Part shown: positions 33,320-47,430 of the stretch, one piece after another
Numbering within the stretch: the first letter of the stretch is position 1
How the letters are laid out: every line of letters starts with the position of its first letter
From: the human T2T-CHM13v2.0 reference genome, Homo sapiens
Reading direction: 5' to 3' (one strand)
Length of the DNA stretch: 64,000 nucleotides
Assembly (NCBI RefSeq): GCF_009914755.1
Contig: NC_060940.1
Translations under genes and position numbers: made by a program
The notes under the pieces: generated by a model
What the model was told of the DNA's origin: nothing
Database searches by the model: none
Seen by the model: only the letters and a program-made list of their open reading frames with translations

Positions 33320-36135
33320 TCTTTCTTACCTTTTCAAGGGTCATAGAATCACTACATCTTAGGGAAACAATAAAAAAAATAAACTAGGTACTGGGAAATT
33401 CTTCAAGCATGGCTCAGTCAAAATGATGTGAACTTTCACTTATGAGGACAGTTTTGTAAAAATATTCCAATGTTTCTAGGTTCTGATAGCATATCTGTCT
33501 CATCAGCAAAGACCACCAACGAAGTCCCAGGGATCTTCAGAAATCACCCCAACCCCTCAAGCAAATGGACTTCTCAAAAAGCAGCTGATTTTGTGGAAGG
33601 AGTTCCCAAATCCCAATCAGTTGGCCAGGGCTGGTCCATGATGAAACTTTCACCAGCCTTCACCAAGTTAAATTTGTTTAACATGCAGACAAATAATTGT
33701 TTATTCTAAGATTATCTCCTCCCTATACTTTCAGTATTCAAATCTCTTTTATGAAGGGATGATTACAATATGTGACGGTTGATTTATTTTCTGTTTGCTT
33801 TCTGCGTTTTGTTTTTTCACTGGGACACATCTTTCTTGGAAAAATTTTAATTGGCAACATTTTGAAATTTAATGATCCATGAAGTCCAAATTGCTGGGAC
33901 TTTGTGGAATAAGAAAAATGTTCTAGGGACGAAGTTTTCATCTTTCTTTCCAAATACTAATCCATCTCACTGGTCTAGTAATCAGATGAGAGGATGAGAA
34001 AAAATTGTTGTGTTGGCTTAGTTTTAGCTAACTTGGATTTAATAACCAAGAACGATCACCACGACAGAATAAAGTTTTCTCCTCGAGATCCTGACTGATA
34101 GATTACTCAGCTCATGGCGGGATTGATTCTGTGGTAGGAACAGAGAGAACAATAGGAAAAAGGTATGGAATCTGGGTACATAAATCCCCACACACAACAA
34201 TCTTGAAAATGTAGGCCTGTCATTGCTGATTAGAAAGTTCCCCATCTTCTTGTTTCCACCTTCCTTATTGTTGCTTTGAGAAGCTGGAAGATTACTTACC
34301 TTCTTGAGGTTGGAGCTGTCTGGCTCCCAAAGGTTTGTAGAATTTCTCCACGTTCCCATCTGCCTGCTGTGAATTTCACTGCACATCCACTGCTGCTCAC
34401 CCATGGATCTAGAAAATATTCACTAGAAACTCAAATGCCCATTTCTCATCTTTATGTGATTTTCGTGGGTATGTGTATGTGTGTGTGATCTTACGATGCT
34501 GTTTATAAGAAGATATCATTCGTCACTTAGAAGGCAAGTAGTATTTTATTTTCAGGATCCTCCGAAAAGCTGGGAAAATCTCATCTCCATTATTTTTAGG
34601 CACTGTCACTGTCTCTCAAGACATAGGTTTTAATATGGTATCGTACCAAAAATGATGGCAGTGTAGCAATTTTGGGCCAATGTATGGGCATCCTTTATCA
34701 TTGCCTAGTGCAGCAAGTCATTTGAAGTGAGGGCATTCAATACCTACAGGCATTCCTAGTTGAAATTCCAATTAGAAAGGAAAATAAAGGACAATTGTAC
34801 AGCCTGTTAAAAGTTGGACGATTCCAAATAATACGGAGAGAAAGAATGTCTGATGGCTTTTTGGATCTCTTGAGTATTCCAGATGATACTCTACTTGCAA
34901 TACGTTTTAAACCCCTAGGAAAGACCATTTCTATGACCATTGAAGATGCAGGTAAAAAATCATCCAAAGAAAAAGACATTATACAAAATTGGTCTTAACA
35001 AATACTTATTGGCCACCCTCACCATGCCAAAAATGAAATCCCGGTATCAATCAGGATGATCAGAAAGGACCTCTGGAATATGCGGCTCTTTGACTTGGTT
35101 TTTAATCAGATGTCCCCAGAACTCGGAGCTCATGAATCACAGAACTGAAAATGATCCTCAGCCATCACAGAATTCATTCGCCTCCCTCTGAGAGGAGCAG
35201 TTCAGAAAGCATTGAAATCAAACCACCTGGCCTTTTCTTTTCAAATGCCCTGAGAATGTGCCACAACTCTGCTTTCATCCCGTATCCCAGTGTTTCACTG
35301 CTCTTGCTGACAGAAGAGAATTCTCCCCGCGAGTGGATGTCTAACCTAAATCCTTCATGCTGCAATGTACGTCCATTCCCTTTGTTCAAAATGACTGTTT
35401 CTTCTCACACCTGCTCCCCATTAGGTGACTATTACATACTTCTGGGTAATCATTCTAGATGAGCGAAAGGCATAAACTACTGCAGCTGAGGGTAGTAGCA
35501 TATTTTTCCATGCAGATGTGTGAGTCATCATCAAATTGTGAAATCTTTGTGAGTAGGAGCACATGGGAAAGATTGCCTTTTGCCAGCTCTTCTCCGATTA
35601 CATGTTATAAGGAAATAGACAACAGAAGTGCAGTTAGAAACAGAGTAACATTGGACCTACAAACACAAACACACACACACAATTTATGGGCTTTAGTTGG
35701 AATGAAACAAGAATTTATAAGCTGGTATGTGCCTTCTGTTCTAAGCACTGCTGAGTTTCTGATGCTTGGATACCATTTCTTATGCCTCTGCTATCTAAAG
35801 CAGGCTATCATTATGGGTGCGTGAAACCAGTCTAACTTGCTAATTCTGCTAAAACTCAAACCTGTCACTCTGGTTGTTTTATGCCATATAGTCAGAACAA
35901 CCAGTAAATGGTATGCTTCATAGGTTAACTGTTCTGAAACAATTTAGATATAGCCTCACGGAGAAAACAACATGGTTCTGCTTCCTGAGGCTATGGGGAA
36001 GTACTGTTATCTAATACATTGCTCACTAATGCACTGTGTGCCTAGATGATCCACATCTTAGAAACTCCCAATATGGGTCACAGATTGGCAGCATCAGTAC
36101 CACCATGGAGCATGTTAGAAATAGAGTCGCAGGCA

Positions 36136-36705
<570 letters not shown>

Positions 36706-36818
36706 CTGCTACATCTTAACAAAATTCCTAGGCATTTCATGAATACGTTTAAATTTGAGAAGCACTGACTTGCTTCACTCCTCAATGCCTCTATTTCCTC
36801 ATCTATAAAATGGGTATC

Positions 36819-37113
36819 GGCCGGGTACAGTGACTTACACCTGTAATCCCAACACTTTGGGAGGCTGAGGCAGGAGGATCACTTAAGGCCAGGAGTTCGA
36901 GACCAGCCTGGTCAACATGGCAAAACCACATCTCTGCTAAAAATAGAAAAATTAGCTGGGTGTGGTGGCACATGCCTGTAATTCCAGCTACTCAGGAGAC
37001 TGAGCCACGAGAATCACATGAACCTGGGAGGCTGAGGTTACAGTGAGCCATGATCACGCCACTGCACTCCAGCCTTGGTGACAGACTTTGACTGTCTCAA
37101 AAATAAAATAAAA
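36819..37113 (+). mobile_element. Alu (AluJb/Sx-like) inserted in a MIR
   Basis: TSD taaaatgggtatc. Confidence 0.95.
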
Positions 37114-37589
37114 TGGGTATCAACTGACACCTGTTACTTGCTTCGGAGCAAAGGAGGATTAATGTCAGAGGTTTTTTTCCCTCTCCCAGGAATGGTCTCT
37201 ACATAAACACAGCTTGGGGGACTCGTTTCATTTGCTGGAACAGGCAATGACTGAACATGTTTTGGAAGAAGAGCCAGGACTCCTTCCTAGATAATACATC
37301 TGTCCTTCATCCAAACTTCTCTTCATGGCCTCACGGCTCCAGAAAGCAGCAGAGCCGTTCAACCCACTGCCTTTGGAGAAACAACCAAGCCTGATCCCAA
37401 TGAAAACAGCTTTCCTGCTCCCTGTCTTGGCTGTCAAACACAAACACAGACACTCTGTGGGTGAAGTCAGCCCAGCTGGATGTCTGCTGCTGAGCCATCT
37501 GCAGAACAACTTGCAGACTAGTAGCTTGACTCTGGCTAAGACAAAAGGCAAGGGGGAAGCTGGGGGAGAAAGGCCACAGCCTGACTCCA

Positions 37590-37599
37590 GGGACTTTCC
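37590..37599 (+). promoter_or_regulatory. Exact NF-kB consensus GGGACTTTCC
   Basis: Motif match only; function unproven. Confidence 0.3.
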
Positions 37600-37828
37600 C
37601 CCTCAGTCCTTCCTTCATTCCTTCCCTCGGAAAGGATAAGAATGGAAGGAACAGATGAGGACTTCATGCAGCTAGCATGCTTTCATGGCTGTCAGGCAAA
37701 ACCCTAGCCAGATGCCCAAGGGACGCTACAGAGCATTCACATCACACCTACACCCCAAGAGCCATGTCATAGGGACAGAAAGAGGCAACCCCCATAACAT
37801 AAAAATTCAGAAATCAAGAGGGCACTGA

Positions 37829-38118
37829 GGCTGGGCATGGTGGCTCACACCTGTAATCCCAGCACTTTGGGAGGCCAAGGCAGGTGAATCACTTGGGTCA
37901 GGAGTTCGAGACCAGCCTGGCCAACATGGTGAAACCCTGTCTCTACTAAAAATACAAAAATTAACTGGGCATAGTGGTGGGCACCTGTACTTGAGAGGCT
38001 GAGGCACAAGAATCGCTTGAACCCAGGAGGTGGACGTTGCAGTGAGCTGAGATCGCACCACTGCCCTCCAGCCTGGGCAACAGAGTGAGACTCTGTCTCA
38101 AAAAAAAAAAAAAAAAAA
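37829..38118 (+). mobile_element. Alu (AluSx/Sz-like)
   Basis: TSD aagaggg(c/t)actga. Confidence 0.95.
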
Positions 38119-38505
38119 GAGGGTACTGAATCACTCTCTCCACTCATAATCCCAACCCTCCCCACCCCCGGGTTTGTGCAGACACTAGACAATAAACCTT
38201 TTAGACTTACCAAGAAACAAAAACAGATTGAGCCCTTGACCTCCCAGTTACCAGTTCTTTTACATCTAAAGACCTGGGTTAGAGAGAGCACATGATTTCT
38301 CTGCCAGAGAGGCAGTGGTAGACTCAGTTTCTTTAGGTTGAAGTGACCTGAATAGCAATGTCAAAAAATGTAAGATCAGTCTTGCTGACTTTGGAACCAC
38401 ATAGACAAGATACTGTGAATGTGTCATTTGATTCCACTAGTGGTTAATAAAGGCAACCCTGAATACTAGTAAGGTAGGAAGAAACTAACATTGAATTCTG
38501 AGTGT

Positions 38506-38507
38506 AC

Positions 38508-38538
<31 letters not shown>
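38506..38538. repeat. (CA)n microsatellite
   Basis: Direct read. Confidence 0.95.
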
Positions 38539-38875
38539 ACATAGACCAGGTTTCCAGAGGTGCCAGTTGTTCAGTTCAAGCCACAGAACAGCCCTTAGCA
38601 TGCTAACCTGCAGAATAACAGCCATCCAGATTCCCTCCCAGCCTGATCCCACTTCATTTATCCTCTTGACCTCCTTACCTCTTACTCTTTCCTTTTCCCT
38701 CCTTCGTTTTATCCGATCAGATTTCAAGATTGAAAAAGGGGCAGCTTTGAGAAAATGAATTGCTACAATCAACAACCAAAACATCAACAATAAAAGGCTG
38801 GAGATCAAAGGAAAACACCCTCAAACAAAATGATCTGAAGAGTTTCAGTGAAAGGAACTATTTCCAGTCCGATGG

Positions 38876-39630
38876 GTTTTTAACATAGACAACATCTTGT
38901 GTATTTATTATGTACAACATGTTGTTTTGAAATACATATTCATTGCAGAATGACTCAACTAAGCTAACATATACATTACCTCACATACCATTTGTGTGGT
39001 GGGAGCACTAAAATCCACTCTCAGCAATTTTCAAAATAAGACACATGATTATTAATATAGTCACCATGTTGTACAATACACCTCTTGAACTTATTCCTCC
39101 TAACTGAAATTTTATGTTCTTTGACCATCTCTCCAACCTGCAAGTAGGCACCATTCTATGCTCCAATGAGTTCAATTTTTTTAGATTCCACATATAAGTG
39201 GGGTACTGAGGTATTTGTCTTCCAGGTTCATCCATGTTGTCACAAATCACAGGATTTCTTTCTTTTTTAAACCTGAATACTATTTCATTGTGTGTGTATG
39301 TATGTGTGTGTGTATATATATATACACACATACATATAGAAAGTATATATACATACAGAAAGTATGGTGTGTACATATATATCCTTACCTTCTGGATTAA
39401 TTTACCCACTGAGGGACACTTAGTTTGATTCCATGTCTTGGCTACTGTGAAAAATCCTGCAATGAACAAGGAAGTGCACACATCTCTCTTCAACATACTG
39501 ATTTCATTTTCTTTGGATATACACCCAGTAGTGGGATTGCTGGATCATATAGTAGCTCTGTTTTGAATGTTTTGAGAAACTTCCGTCCTGCTTTCCGTAG
39601 TGACTGTGGTCATTTAGATTCCCATCAGCA
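38876..39630 (-). mobile_element. L1MA-type 3' end
   Basis: aaaatccactctcagcaattttcaa...tagtcaccatgttgtacaata; tttggatatacacccagtagtgggattgctggatcatat. Confidence 0.88.
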
Positions 39631-41299
39631 GCTCCAGCACAATGTTTCCTTTTTGCCCCCACAACAGGCAGAAATCAAGATATAAAGAGAAACATGGATA
39701 GAAGAGATGCTTTCCCCTTTCCTCCCTCATTAACCCATGGCTGCCTCCATAAATGGAAAGAAGACTGGATGTGAGCATTCTATGATGTTTCAGACACTCA
39801 CTGAAAATTACATAGTTAAAATAAAGACCAGAGTTGATGCTACCATTTCTGCCTGAAGCTTATCCTGAAAGTAGCTCTGGGGAAAGAGTTCTCTCTCTAG
39901 GATCCAAAAGTCATGGTGGTAGGTTTGACGTCCTACTATGTCCCACTACTTGTTGCCTCTAGGTTGGGAATTGTCATGTGGTTTAGGTGCCTTAAGATTC
40001 TTCCAGTGTGAGATGTGGGAAGCTGCTCCTTGTGACTTGCTCTGCCTTTTTCCTGGTGCCAAATACCATTCTCAACCTCCAACCTCCCACTCCAGGCAGC
40101 ACATCCTGTCTTTGGACAGCCCGCCATGCTAGTGTCTGCCATCCAGTAGTCACAGGCCATCTTCCCGCAGGTTCCCAACAACCTGAGAGGCTTATTAAGG
40201 AGACAGCAACAGAGACTCAAAGAGGTTAGTAATGTTGCTTTCAGTCACAAAATCAATTAAGGGGAGAGTCAGGATGCCTATGCTTTCAAGTTCGACTGGC
40301 TCCAAAGCTTGTCTTCTAAGCCCACAATGCTATTTCCTTAAAAGGACAGAAGGTTCTCCCTTCATCAGGAGCTCATTCATTCATTTTCTTCCCCCTGAGA
40401 GCCTCCATGTCCCAGCCTGGAGTTGGGCATGCTGCATAATCTCACCCTGGTCTCCTGGAGATAACGTTTCCTCCTTGCTCTCTTAGAGTAGGCAGGAGAA
40501 TATGATATTTACAAGAAAGTGCTTTGATGGGGGTGTGGGGATAGCTTGGATTTGAATCTCAGGTCATCTACCTATTTGCTGTAGGACCCTGCACTATACT
40601 TCCTTATACCTGTTTCCACACTCTTCAAGTTGGCATAATAATATTCTATTTCATGATAACATACAAAAATAAGTTTTGATTCTAAACCTAGAATATAAAA
40701 CAGTGCCTGGCACAAAGAATAATATATATACACCTACTAAATAAAAACTACACTCCTTCTCCCCCAAGATTGTCGTGATAGAAATGCATCATTCAGGGAG
40801 CAAGAAAAAAAGACCCCACCACAGTTCAAGATGCCACTCAAAGCATAACACTCAGGCCATGGCCTATTTGGTTTCTACATCAGGTCTGCCCCACCCACCT
40901 TTAGCTTTCAGTGGACTAAAGACAAAAAGGGTCTAATGCATTCCTGGCGGTTTTTCAAAGCATGGCAGAAGTGAGTCGGGTTTATAAGATTAATTCTTTT
41001 CACTCTAGGCAGTGGGTCATATCAGAACCTTCACTCAACCAACTCAGTGGATAATCTCCTTTTATTACTTTCAATCAAACTAAGTGTCTGCAATCTGTAC
41101 AATGGCCACCAATTTAGTGGGAAACAATAATTTGTAGAGCATGATTATAAAAAGATGAGATAGAACACAAGGTCCAGATAAGCATCCTGTAAGTTTGTTC
41201 CTATCTCATTGCATAGAAAGCTTTTATGACCCAAACTACATTAGGGACATACAGCTGTTCTGCTATGCTAAAAATCAAAGAAAGAAATAGACATTGTTC

Positions 41300-41950
41300 A
41301 CAGATCAGTTTCTTATTTAAATAAGAGAAACAGCCTATTGGTTAAATTCATATCCTTTGTCATACTCACATGGAGCGATCCATCGCTCGTACAAGTTAAA
41401 CATGAAAAGATTTCATTGTATAAAAACCAGAAGCTTCTTTTAAAAGATAATAAAATTCTAGTTACACAACTGGACAACATCACAAAGCCGTCTGGATTGT
41501 GGAAACCACTCTCTTCCCGTGATGGATAATAAGGCATGGGGTTTTGCTTGCTTTGATTAATTTCAGAATATTGCAGAGAACCCGCATAATCCCTAAGATA
41601 GCAAAGGAGAGAAGGAGAAGCGATGGGCAATGATAAAAGCGTAGTAATGGAGCAGGAGCTGTGTTTCCTCTGCTGTAGGAACGCTCCCCTCTGCACCGCC
41701 GCACCCACCCTCCCCGCAAAAAAAGAAACCAATTTCATTTTGGCAAGTACTAACCACAATAAGAGTCGACACACAAAAATGTCCTCTGGCTCTGGGGCTT
41801 AAATTATATGCACCGAGGCCGAGCAATGCAAAACAAAAACTATGAGATGTCTCCATGACTGTGATCAGATATATAACATAGCTGGAAAACGTACATTTCC
41901 CTTTTTTCAAAGCACAGCAGCCATTATTTATACAAGTACTGAATATGGAA
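41300..41950. promoter_or_regulatory. Candidate conserved non-coding/enhancer element
   Basis: Repeat-free, about 17 CpGs in ~520 bp, TAATCC and TGATTAAT homeodomain-type motifs. Confidence 0.45.
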
Positions 41951-42491
41951 AAGGCTCTGACAAATTTACAGTGGTGTTTGGATGGATGAGGATGGTGGAT
42001 GATGGATGAGGGAGACGGAGGATTCCCTTATTAAAGCATCAAATTCTTCCCTAAATATCAAATAGACATCTTAGCCACAACTGCACTGCTTCTTGCTCAA
42101 AATTACATAAACCAACCCTGTTAAATGTTTTTCTTTAATAGGAAAAGGCAGGATTTTCTCCTAATAAATATTGTTAATTTGGACTCTGGCATTACGTACC
42201 TTTCCTTTTTTGCATAATGTGGACTTCAAAGTGTATGCCTGTCAAACAAGAATAAATGTGACAATTCACAAATATAAATGAATGCCAGCAAAAAACTGAG
42301 GCACAATCTCAAGCATGCTATTTTGTTCTAAAATTTTAGTAAATAATTTAAGTAGATATAATCTTCCAAGTGTATTTTTGGTGTCTTTTTGACAGGACAG
42401 AAGCTCTGAAGGGGCGGAAACTCACCATTCACTATACGATTTTTTTATCCTGTGCCCAGATTTTAAAATATACAGAACGTTAGAAGCACTG

Positions 42492-42510
42492 CAGTGCCCA
42501 CTAGTGGACA
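42492..42510 (-). promoter_or_regulatory. Candidate CTCF site
   Basis: Minus strand tgtCCACTAGtGGGCActg, 1 mismatch to CCASYAGRKGGCR. Confidence 0.5.
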
Positions 42511-43858
42511 CATCAGAATCACAGCTGCCTCCTGTCCTCTTTCAATGAAAACCAGTCCAAAGGCATTCACCATAGTGGAGTAAAAAACAGGAAGAAAGAG
42601 TATGAAATAAAAAGCATCTGCTTTAAAACCCGTTTGCGTGACCATTCACTTCTTATTTTATCTTTACAATGATAACAGAGGCATGCACAAAGAGAAAAAC
42701 TTTCTTCTGCGAGGCTCAACTTTTCTATCATTTGATCCTATTGTAAAGTCAATGGTACACAGAGCTGTATTTGGCGGCACTGAAGATACTCTTTAAATGA
42801 ATAAAATGCTCTGTGTTTAATGACTCTTGACCTGGAAGGAGTTAGGATATAACATATAAAAGTTCGTCTCAATACAAAGAAGTGCGTCTTTACAAATTCT
42901 AACCAATCCTACTCCAATCAAGTTACCCCTTGTTACTTGGGGTAACCCTTGCTCTGCAGCGAATTGTTAGCACAGTCTCTTTTAATAGTGACAGATCCTG
43001 TCTACTCATACCCTGTAATGACATCACTAGAAAAAAATCTTTGAGCATTAGCACAATGTACATGTAATCCAACAGCAATCTGATTATAATTTACCAGAGA
43101 ACAATGTTTACACATTGCAAGTGTTACTGATTCCTTTTTTAAAAAATGAAAAACAAGCCTCATTTTGTATTTTAATGTTTCTGTTTAAAAACAATGGTGA
43201 TTAAGTCCCATGAAAAATATATTTGACAGATAAATCAAAAGTTATTACTTTAACTTGATTTCTAACTAATTCGTTGATTTTTAAGCAGTTTTATGAAGTC
43301 TGATTGAGAAGAAATAGGAGACATTTATAAAACACCATCCATAAAACTGTAAAACAACAAAACATTCCTAATTCAATTTGACCCAAGACATCTTATTTAA
43401 AAGCATGAGTCTGTTAAAAGAACTAACACAAGCCATGGAAACTAAGGCTATAATTGTTTTTAAGATTCTAGAAGTACATAGAACTTAGGCTAGATATTTT
43501 ATTCTAACACATGTGAACTGGAGATATTATAGCTTATCGGCAAATCATCTGGGCTTTACTGCTTACTTTATCTTATAGAGCACTTTAATGGGCCTAATCT
43601 GCATTTTGGAGAAATGAGGAAACAGTGTAAAGACCAATGACCCTCCCCAGAATTTATTCCGCAGGTCCAGTCCCCTGCTTTGTTATACCTTCTCTAAAAG
43701 GTCCCTGCCCTGGCAGCTTTCAAATCCATTAGAAGCCTACAATAAGGTACCATCCTACTGTAATAAACAGTGTCATGGGGTGGTGGGGAGAGGAGGGAAA
43801 ATTAGAAAGTGGTCAAAGATAGTCTTGGGAAAGCTATCCTAAGAAAGAACATTTGAGG

Positions 43859-44061
<203 letters not shown>

Positions 44062-45059
44062 CTAGCATGTTCACTTTTCCTTCAGCCCTGTAAGAGTAGG
44101 GAGGACAGTGATCTTATGATTCTGGAAAATTCAATAGGGGGCACGTAGGCGGTGTGTAGCTTCCTCCCCTTTGCCTTGCTTTTGCATTTTGTTCTTGGTT
44201 CAAAGCAATTAACTCATCAGACATTTTCATGGGCTGTTTCTGGTAAGGAATAAGTGTATGGAAATAACAAAATACATATGAGGGGAAAAGGGCACAGGGA
44301 AAAGTCAGTATATCTCCTAACAGCATTCCCCAAGTTCCCAAAATATCATTCCCAACTACAATTGGAGTTATTTGAAGAAACAAAAACAGACAGTAAATAA
44401 ACTATGATAAATACCAAGAAATTAGTCTTCCTACCTTCAGGAAAAAGTCCAACAGGGCTTCTATGAAATGAATCAAATTTTGCCTTGGCACCAGGCTACA
44501 ATATCAGCACCAAAAATAGGACACTTTTGCTTTAAAAAAACTGCCTCTCCTTTTTCAATGGCTTAAATTACCTGAATGTGTTTGCAATTGGTGGCAGCTG
44601 TTTGGCTAACGTATGGTATGGATTTTTTGATATATTTAAGGGATTCTTTTTTAACTAATCAGAGAATTCTCACCAACACCACTCTATGTGCTTTAGCTAA
44701 CCTCTGTTTTCAAACACTCCATTAAGAATATACCTTCTTGGGATGTCTTCTTGTACTCTAATTCTTCCTGTACTATATATAATTTTTACAAGCATTGTTC
44801 CTCAAATTGTCTTTTATGGAATACTAACTGCAGATTTCAACAGGTATTCCTCAGAAAATGAGGGAGTTCAACGGACAGGTGAGTTTGGAAATCATTTGCT
44901 TAAACAGTTTGTTTACAGGTAAGAGCCTTGAATACACTAATAGATGCTGTCAACCTCCAGTAGGTTAGACAGAGTATGTCCTTGGACGTTCATTTCTAAA
45001 TAAAGCACAGATTGGAAAATATCAACTTCAATCCATATAGTTCAATACCATAGTAACAG

Positions 45060-45290
45060 TAACAATAATAATGGTGATAATAGAGCAGCAAATAAGCCCC
45101 TAAGAGTCCAGTACTAGCACTGTTCTCAGCACTTTACCGACTTTACCCCTTTAAATCCTCACAACCACCCCCAGAGGTTCCCTAGAAATGAAGAAACTGA
45201 GTTCCAAATAAGTTAAGCTCCTTTCCCTGGCTACTGTGTGGTGGAGATGGGATTTCAACCCAAGCATATCTGGAGACTATGTTCCAAAAC
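45060..45290 (-). mobile_element. MIR
   Basis: aatcctcacaaccacc...gaagaaactgag...gttaag...gggatttcaacccaag. Confidence 0.7.
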
Positions 45291-45774
45291 ACTTAGAACA
45301 TAGAGAGAAACTGGGCCCAGGAAATAATTGTACACCCACAATGGCTGGAGTTGTCAGGTTTCTTCTCCGCACCTACTGCCTATGTCTTAGCCTCCAATTT
45401 CTAGTCCTCTATTCCACTCTCATGTGAGCAGCTGGACTCCAGCAGCAAAACCCTAAGTGACGGCTGACCAGAAGCAGCATTGAGGATCCCCACATCCACG
45501 GTGCCTTCATCCACGGGAAGCAGAACAGAGCATGGATAAGGGAGGATCCTTGCTGGGCTTAGGGAACTGGCAGGAATGGGAGGAACCAGTGTGCACTTCC
45601 AGAAAAGCTTATTTGACTGATCCCCACATGCAGCTGCTGGAAGAGAAAGTCTTCAAGGTCCAGTGAAAGAGTTGAAGATGTGGAGAGCTATAGTTTGCTC
45701 ATGGATGGCAAGACTCTATTTCAAGATGGAAATGCACCTTCCAATAATCTATTAATTAAATATAATACCAATCA

Positions 45775-46455
45775 ACGCTCCAGTTAGAATGGCAATAATT
45801 AAAAAGTCAGGAAACAACAGATGTTGGAGAGGATGTGGAGAAATAGGAATGCTTTTACACTGTTGCTGGGAATGTAAATTAGTTCAACCATCGTGGAAGA
45901 CAGTGTGGCGATTCTAGAACTAGAAATACCATTTGACCCAGCAATCCCATTACTGGGTATATACCCCAAAAATTATAAATCATTCTACTATAAAGACACA
46001 TGCACACGTATGTTTATTGTGGCACTATTCACAACAGCAAAGACTTGGAACCAACCCAAATGTCCATCAATAATAGACTAGATGAAGAAAATGTGGCACG
46101 TATAAACCATGGAATACTATGCAGCCTTAAAAAAGGATGAGTTCATGTCCTTTGTAGGGATGTGGATGAAGCTGGAACAATCATTCTCAGCAAACTAACA
46201 CAAGAACAGAAAACCAAACACTGCGTGTTCTCACTCATAAGTAGGAGTTGAACAATGAGAACACATGGACACAGGGAGAGGAACATCACACACCAGGGCC
46301 TGTCAGGGTTTGAGGGGCTAGGGGAGGGATAACATTAGGAGAAATACCTAATGTAGGTGATGGGTTGATGGTGCAGCAAACCACCAAGGCACGTGTATAC
46401 CTATGTAACAAAACTGCACGTTCTGCACATGTACCCCTGAACTTAAAGTATAATT
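45775..46455 (+). mobile_element. L1PA 3' end (L1PA7/8-like)
   Basis: ORF 45893..46081 (EIPFDPAIPLLGIYPKNYKSFYYKDTCTRMF) plus 3'UTR. Confidence 0.93.
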
Positions 46456-46920
46456 TTATATATATATATACATACACACATGAGCTCCAACAGGGCATTT
46501 CTTAGCAACTGGCTAGCAAATCCCAATATTCATATTCATATAGAAGCAAAGAGTAAAGAAGAGCCAAGGTAATTTTTAGAAAGAATTAATAAGGAGGATG
46601 ATCTTTTCTTCATACCTCACTAGATGTCAAGACTCATTAGAAAACTAAAATAATTACAACCACGTAATATTAGCATAAAGCTAGACATGCAAAACTTAGA
46701 ATAGTCTCATACACATGTGGGAACCTGTTATATGACAGAGTCATGCTGCAAATTGATGGGAGAAATTATGGACTATTCAACTACTGGTACTGGCACAATC
46801 AACTACCCACGGACAAAAGTAGAAAATTAGGCAACTTTCTTTCAAAATGCAAAAAATGAGTTGTATGTGGATTAAAATTTAAACATGAAAAAGCAAAATC
46901 ATCCAACATGAAGAATGTAA

Positions 46921-47430
<510 letters not shown>

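Noticed and set aside
37228-37639. Three overlapping ~100-aa ORFs in unique DNA
   Set aside because: No recognisable domain or exon structure; expected by chance in locally GC-richer sequence
41311-41326. 16-bp palindrome tcttatttaaataaga
   Set aside because: AT-rich; about one or more expected by chance in 64 kb
41313-41910. 153-aa and 105-aa minus-strand ORFs
   Set aside because: No homology recognised; better explained as non-coding regulatory sequence
42922-42946. 8-bp stem gttacccc...ggggtaac
   Set aside because: Too short to exceed chance
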